This document shows positions 60,127 to 64,000 of a DNA stretch of 64,000 nucleotides, one piece after another; within the stretch, counting starts at the first letter, position 1, and each line of letters opens with the position of its first letter. Both the position numbers and the translations under genes were made by a program. The stretch spans positions 10,296-74,295 of the forward strand of contig JBAXNN010000010.1 in NCBI GenBank assembly GCA_037133755.1, written 5' to 3'. The stretch comes from Thermoleophilia bacterium (GTDB lineage: Bacteria; Actinomycetota; Thermoleophilia; Gaiellales; F1-60-MAGs149). The notes under the pieces are model-generated. The model did not search any database, was not told where the DNA came from, and saw nothing but the letters and a program-made list of their open reading frames with translations.

Positions 60127-61130
60127 ACAAGGTCCTCGTCTCCGGCGGCTGCGGCTTCATCGGTTCGCATCTCGTGCGGCGCCTGCTGCGCGAGCACCCC
60201 GACCTGCACGTCGTCAACATCGACCTGCTCACGTACGCCGGCCGCCCCGAGAACGTGCGCGACCTCGAGAACGACGCGCGCTACACCTTCGTCCACGGTG
60301 ACATCGCGAACGCCGATGACGTCGCGCGTGCCGCCGAGGGTGTCAACGGCATCATCAACGTTGCCGCCGAGAGCCACGTCGACCGCTCGATCATGGGTGG
60401 CGACGAGTTCATCACCACCAACGTCTTCGGCACCAAGCGGCTGCTCGACCACGCCCGCCAGCACGACCTGCGCTACCTGCAGGTCTCGACCGACGAGGTC
60501 TACGGTGACGTCGACGCACCGCACCGCTCGAAGGAGGACGACCCGCTGCACGGGTCGAGCCCGTACGCCGCCTCGAAGGCCGCCGGCGATCTGCTCGTGC
60601 AGTCGTACGCGCGCACCTTCGGCCTCAATGCGTCGATCACGCGTGGCTCGAACACGTACGGCCCGTACCAGTTCCCCGAGAAGCTGATCCCGCTGTTCAC
60701 GACGAACGCATTCGACGGCAAGGACCTCCCGCTCTACGGCGATGGCATGCAGGTCCGCGAGATGCTGTTCGTCGAGGATCACTGTTCCGCGATCGATCTC
60801 GTCTTCCACCACGGCGAGGCCGGCGAGGCCTACAACGTGGGCGCCGAGCACGAGGTGCCGAACATCGAGACGGCGCGCAAGATCATCGAGCTGACGGGCG
60901 CCGATCCGAATACGCTGAAGAGCGTCGCGGACCGCCCCGGCCACGACCGCCGCTACGCGCTCGACTGCACGAAGCTCCGCGGCATCGGGTGGGAGCGCCT
61001 GACCGACTTCGATACGGGTCTCGCACTAACGGTTGAGTGGTTCCGCGAGAACCGCGCGTGGTGGGAGGCGATCAAAAGCGGCGAGGCCTTCGCCGACTAC
61101 GCCTCGAAGAACTACGGCTCGCGCAGCTAG
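60123..61130 (+). CDS. rmlB: dTDP-glucose 4,6-dehydratase
   Basis: Starts at ATG 60123 with an ATGA overlap. Motifs include VSGGCGFIGSH, STDEVYG, YAASKAAGD and PGHDRRYA. Confidence 0.9.
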   Translation: MNKVLVSGGCGFIGSHLVRRLLREHPDLHVVNIDLLTYAGRPENVRDLENDARYTFVHGDIANADDVARAAEGVNGIINVAAESHVDRSIMGGDEFITTNVFGTKRLLDHARQHDLRYLQVSTDEVYGDVDAPHRSKEDDPLHGSSPYAASKAAGDLLVQSYARTFGLNASITRGSNTYGPYQFPEKLIPLFTTNAFDGKDLPLYGDGMQVREMLFVEDHCSAIDLVFHHGEAGEAYNVGAEHEVPNIETARKIIELTGADPNTLKSVADRPGHDRRYALDCTKLRGIGWERLTDFDTGLALTVEWFRENRAWWEAIKSGEAFADYASKNYGSRS

Positions 61131-61133
61131 CCC

Positions 61134-61796
61134 GTGCGCGTTCTCGTCGCCCGCTGCTCGATCGGGTACTCGGGTCGCCTGACCACGCGCCTCGCCAGCG
61201 GCGACCGCATCATCATCTTCAAGGACGACGGCTCCGTCTGCGTGCACGGCCCGAAGGGCTTCAAGCCGATCAACTACATGTCGGGACCGACGGCGCTGAC
61301 CGAGGAGGATGGCTTGATCACCGTGCGCCGCCCCGAGACCGGCGAGGTGCTGATGATCGAGGTCGAGCAGGTGATTGCCGATGACGCGCATGGCCTCGAG
61401 GACAACGCGGTGCTGGAGCGTGAGGGCCGCGAGCTCGAGCTGCACGCCCTGCTCGAACGGGCGCCCGACCTGATCGAGGAGGGCCTCGAGATTCTCGAGC
61501 GCGAGCGCTCCACCGACGTCGGCCCCGTCGACTTCCTGGCCAAAGACGCCGAGGGCCGCATCGTCCTCGTCGAGGTGAAGCGCGTGAAGGCCGTCGTCGC
61601 CGCCGTCGAACAGGTCGTCCGCTACCGCGAGCACATCGAGAAGGACGCCGCCTACGCGGGTGCCCGTGCGATCGTGCTGGCGCCGGACTTCGCCCCGCAG
61701 GCCCGCAAGCTGGCCGAGCGCCGCAACGTGGAATGCGTCGTGCTTGACGTGGCGGCGCTCTACGCCGGTACCGAGCAGGACCCAACCCTGTTCTAA
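61134..61796 (+). CDS. nucS: Endonuclease NucS (EndoMS)
   Basis: MRVLVARCSIGYSGRLTT...DGSVCVH...KPINYM is the N-terminal domain. The RecB-like C-terminal nuclease domain reads GPVDFLAKD...VLVEVKR. Confidence 0.85.
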   Translation: MRVLVARCSIGYSGRLTTRLASGDRIIIFKDDGSVCVHGPKGFKPINYMSGPTALTEEDGLITVRRPETGEVLMIEVEQVIADDAHGLEDNAVLEREGRELELHALLERAPDLIEEGLEILERERSTDVGPVDFLAKDAEGRIVLVEVKRVKAVVAAVEQVVRYREHIEKDAAYAGARAIVLAPDFAPQARKLAERRNVECVVLDVAALYAGTEQDPTLF

Positions 61797-61852
61797 CGGG
61801 AACGCCGCGCACTCGACCCAGATGCGCGGGTCGTTCACCGTCAGCTAGGCGA

Positions 61853-62614
61853 CTACAGCCCCATCGCGTGATAGCCGGCGTCGACGTAGGCGACGGTACC
61901 GGTCACGTTCTCGGCGTCGAGCAGGTACGCGGCGGCCTTGCCGACGTCGCCCTGATCCACGTTGCGCTGGAGCGGCGAGCGCTGCAGCACGAGCTCTTCC
62001 ATCGTCGTAAAGCCCGGGATTGAGCGGCCGGCGAGCGTGCGCACCGGGCCGGCGGAGACCGCGTTGACGCGGATGTTCTTCGGGCCGAGGTCAGCGGCGA
62101 GATACCGCATCGACGAGTCGAGCGCCGACTTGGCGACGCCCATCACGTTGTAGCCCGGCACCGCGCGCTCGCCGCCCAGGTACGTCATCGTCACGATCGA
62201 GCCACCGCCACGGGCTTCCATGTGCGGCTCGGCTTCGCGCGCCATCGCCACCAGCGAGTAGGCCGAGACGTCGACCGCAAGCCAGAAGTCCTCACGCTTG
62301 GTCTCGATGAAGCGCTGCTGCAGGTCGTGCGCCTGCGCGAAGGCGATCGAGTGGACGAGGATGTCGAGCCCGCCGAGCTGTCCAACGACGGTGTCGAAGC
62401 CAGCCTTGATCGAGGCGTCGTCACGGGCGTCCATCTCGACGCAGATGTCGGAACCGACGGTTGCCGCGAGGTCGCGGACGTTCTTCTCGACGCGCTCACC
62501 CTGGTAGGTGAAGGCGAGCTTCGCGCCCTGCCGGTGCAGTTCTTCTGCGATACCCCACGCGATCGAGCGCTTGTTCGCGACACCGGCGATAAGAGCGAGC
62601 TTGCCTTCGAGCAT
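61853..62614 (-). CDS. fabI: Enoyl-[acyl-carrier-protein] reductase (NADH), FabI-type
   Basis: GVANKRSIAWGIA and the YNVMGVAKSALD (Y-x6-K) motif are present. A GGAGG Shine-Dalgarno sequence lies upstream of the ATG at 62614. Confidence 0.85.
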   Translation of the reverse strand: MLEGKLALIAGVANKRSIAWGIAEELHRQGAKLAFTYQGERVEKNVRDLAATVGSDICVEMDARDDASIKAGFDTVVGQLGGLDILVHSIAFAQAHDLQQRFIETKREDFWLAVDVSAYSLVAMAREAEPHMEARGGGSIVTMTYLGGERAVPGYNVMGVAKSALDSSMRYLAADLGPKNIRVNAVSAGPVRTLAGRSIPGFTTMEELVLQRSPLQRNVDQGDVGKAAAYLLDAENVTGTVAYVDAGYHAMGL

Positions 62615-62650
62615 GGGGTCCTCCGAGAGTTCCGGGTACCGGCGAATCGT

Positions 62651-62684
62651 ACGGGGTCGGGCTCACGAACGAGCCCGACCCCGT
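62651..62684 (-). terminator. Stem-loop 5 nt after the coxM-like stop codon (14-bp stem, 6-nt loop, no U-tract)
   Basis: ACGGGGTCGGGCTC (62651-62664) pairs with GAGCCCGACCCCGT (62671-62684). Confidence 0.5.
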
Positions 62685-62689
62685 GCCGA

Positions 62690-63505
62690 TTACCTGCTGC
62701 TGGCCTCGGTGTGCGCGCGTCCGGCGAGGACGCCGACGAGGTGCTGCTTGTACTCCGTCGAGCCGTCGAGATCGGCCGTCGGCGATAGACCATCAGCCGC
62801 TTTGGCGATTGCGTTGGCGAGGGAGCCGCCGCCGTTGAGCACGGCCTCGAAGCCCTCGAGACGCATCGGACGATCGCCCACACCGGTGGCCGCGGCGCGC
62901 ACGCCGTCTGTCCCGACGCTGACCCCGACGCCGATGATCGACCAGTCGATCGCGCGGCGATGGAACTTGGCGTACGCCGACTGCCCCGCGCCCTTCGGCA
63001 AGCGCACCTGGGTGATTAGCTCGTCGTCGGCGAGCGTCGTGGTCAGGTAGCTGCTGATCAGGTCGTCGAGGCCAATGCGGCGCTCGCCGCTCGGTCCACG
63101 GACGATGACTGCGCCACCCGCGGCGAGCACAGCCGCAGGCAGGTCGCCATGCGGATCCGCATGGGCGAGCGAGCCGCCGATCGTGCCGCGGTTGCGGATC
63201 GTCATGCTGCCGACGCCGGCCGCAGCCTGCGCAACGACATGGCAGTGCTGTGCGATCAGCGGATCGGCGGCGACGACGCGATGCGGCGTCATTGCGCCGA
63301 CTGCGATCTCGTCGCCGTCCTCGCAGATACCCACGAGCTCCGCAACGCCACCGAGGTCGACAACCGCACCGGGCGCAGCCAGACGCAGCTTCATCATCGG
63401 CATCAGGGACATGCCACCCGCGAGCGGGCGTGCACCTGCCGCGACGGCGGCAACCGCCTCGTCGATCGACGAGGCCTTCGTGTACTCGAGCGTGGACGGA
63501 ATCAC
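62690..63505 (-). CDS. FAD-binding medium subunit of a xanthine-dehydrogenase/CO-dehydrogenase-family molybdoenzyme (CoxM/CutM-like)
   Basis: Starts at the GTG at 63505, 7 nt after AGGAGG, overlapping the large-subunit stop codon. Motifs include AGGMSLMP and IRNRGTIGGSLAHADP. Confidence 0.8.
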   Translation of the reverse strand: MIPSTLEYTKASSIDEAVAAVAAGARPLAGGMSLMPMMKLRLAAPGAVVDLGGVAELVGICEDGDEIAVGAMTPHRVVAADPLIAQHCHVVAQAAAGVGSMTIRNRGTIGGSLAHADPHGDLPAAVLAAGGAVIVRGPSGERRIGLDDLISSYLTTTLADDELITQVRLPKGAGQSAYAKFHRRAIDWSIIGVGVSVGTDGVRAAATGVGDRPMRLEGFEAVLNGGGSLANAIAKAADGLSPTADLDGSTEYKQHLVGVLAGRAHTEASSR

Positions 63506-64000
63506 GACTTCGCCTCCTGCATGACGTTCCAGATACGCGCCGGCTGCATCGGCATGTCGATGTGCCGGACGCCGAGGCCCGACAGTGCGTCGACCGCCGC
63601 GTTGACGATCGCCGCCGAGGCGCCGATCGTGCCGGCCTCGCCGATGCCCTTGACGCCCAGCGGGTTCGAGGGCGACGGGGTGACGGTGCGGGCCAGCGTC
63701 ATCGACGGAACGTCGGCGGCACTGGGCACCAGATACTCGACCAACGTCGGAGTCAGCATCTGCCCATCCGCGCCGTAGACGGTCTCCTCGAAGAGCGCCT
63801 GGCCAAGGCCTTGGATGATGCCGCCGTGGACCTGCCCATCCACGATCAGCGGGTTGATCACGTTGCCGCAGTCGTCGACTGCCGTGTAGTTGACGACCGT
63901 GACGCGACCCGTCTCCGGATCGATCTCGACCTCGCACACGTGCGTGCCGCTCGGGAACGTGAAGTTCGGCGGATCGTGGAAGGTCGTGGCTTCGAGCACC
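63502..64000 (-). CDS. Molybdopterin-binding large subunit (CoxL/XdhB-like). Only the C-terminal ~165 aa are present; the 5' end lies beyond the window.
   Basis: VEIDPETGRVTVVNYTAVDDCGNVINP, HGGIIQGLGQALFEE and NPLGVKGIGEAGTIGA are conserved C-terminal motifs of this family. Confidence 0.8.
   Translation of the reverse strand, partial: VLEATTFHDPPNFTFPSGTHVCEVEIDPETGRVTVVNYTAVDDCGNVINPLIVDGQVHGGIIQGLGQALFEETVYGADGQMLTPTLVEYLVPSAADVPSMTLARTVTPSPSNPLGVKGIGEAGTIGASAAIVNAAVDALSGLGVRHIDMPMQPARIWNVMQEAKS

Noticed and set aside
61805-61829. A 7-bp stem (CCGCGCA/TGCGCGG) with an 11-nt loop between nucS and fabI, as a candidate terminator.
   Set aside because: The stem is short, the loop is large and there is no U-tract. 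This is too weak to report as a feature.
1-64000. A search for a mobile element, prophage, defence island, toxin-antitoxin pair, CRISPR array, rRNA or tRNA anywhere in the window.
   Set aside because: I recognised no integrase, transposase, recombinase, phage structural, cas, restriction or toxin-like translation in any frame. Apart from the short intergenic repeats there is no compositional island. The window reads as core chromosome.

Overview
This is a very GC-rich, GC3-dominated chromosomal segment that looks like Actinomycetota. The evidence is a futalosine-type menaquinone pathway, NucS, SigR-RsrA, many GTG starts, frequent 1-4 nt start/stop overlaps and probable leaderless mRNAs. The Bacillus/b6-type Qcr complex hints at a deep-branching class such as Thermoleophilia or Rubrobacteria, but that is inference only.

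I can support 65 protein-coding genes. I found no rRNA, tRNA, CRISPR, transposase, integrase or phage genes. The gene blocks in order are:
- pncB (partial), hutD/hutH, an orphan substrate-binding lipoprotein and an omega-aminotransferase
- proBA
- glycosyltransferases and capD-lysR
- degT-DUF354
- rnd
- a 12.4-kb co-directional minus-strand block: pseudokinase, hemB, hypothetical, ubiD-like, msrB, qcrABC, terminator, ubiX, menG, polyprenyl synthase, mqnE, mqnA, mqnC
- moeA and fumC
- a two-component system, then otsA-DUF849
- tlpA-ccdA
- a Wbp-like UDP-diacetamido-uronic acid set
- lysE, DUF427, an M16 peptidase, an amidohydrolase and a mocA-like gene
- sigR-rsrA
- ctaA, an O-antigen-ligase-like gene, a GT-C glycosyltransferase and a phosphatase
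- gntR and rmlACDB
- nucS and fabI
- coxM/coxL (the latter partial)

I did not find a convincing new multi-gene protein system. The most unusual signals are non-coding:
- a dispersed double-palindrome repeat family with three copies, each just 3' of a gene
- two abutting giant hairpins at 50.2-50.4 kb, one of them a 29-bp perfect palindrome built from the last 8 codons of a gene
- a 275-nt structured region upstream of capD with mutually exclusive GAA-loop hairpins and three interchangeable CCTCGAGG boxes

Protein-level oddities are listed as lower-confidence leads. They include an embedded LysR, a UbiD-coupled 180-aa protein, a pseudokinase with a Thr/Asp-rich ectodomain, otsA-DUF849 coupling and a split Wbp pathway. 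All homology calls come from my own recognition of motifs in the translations; no database search was run.
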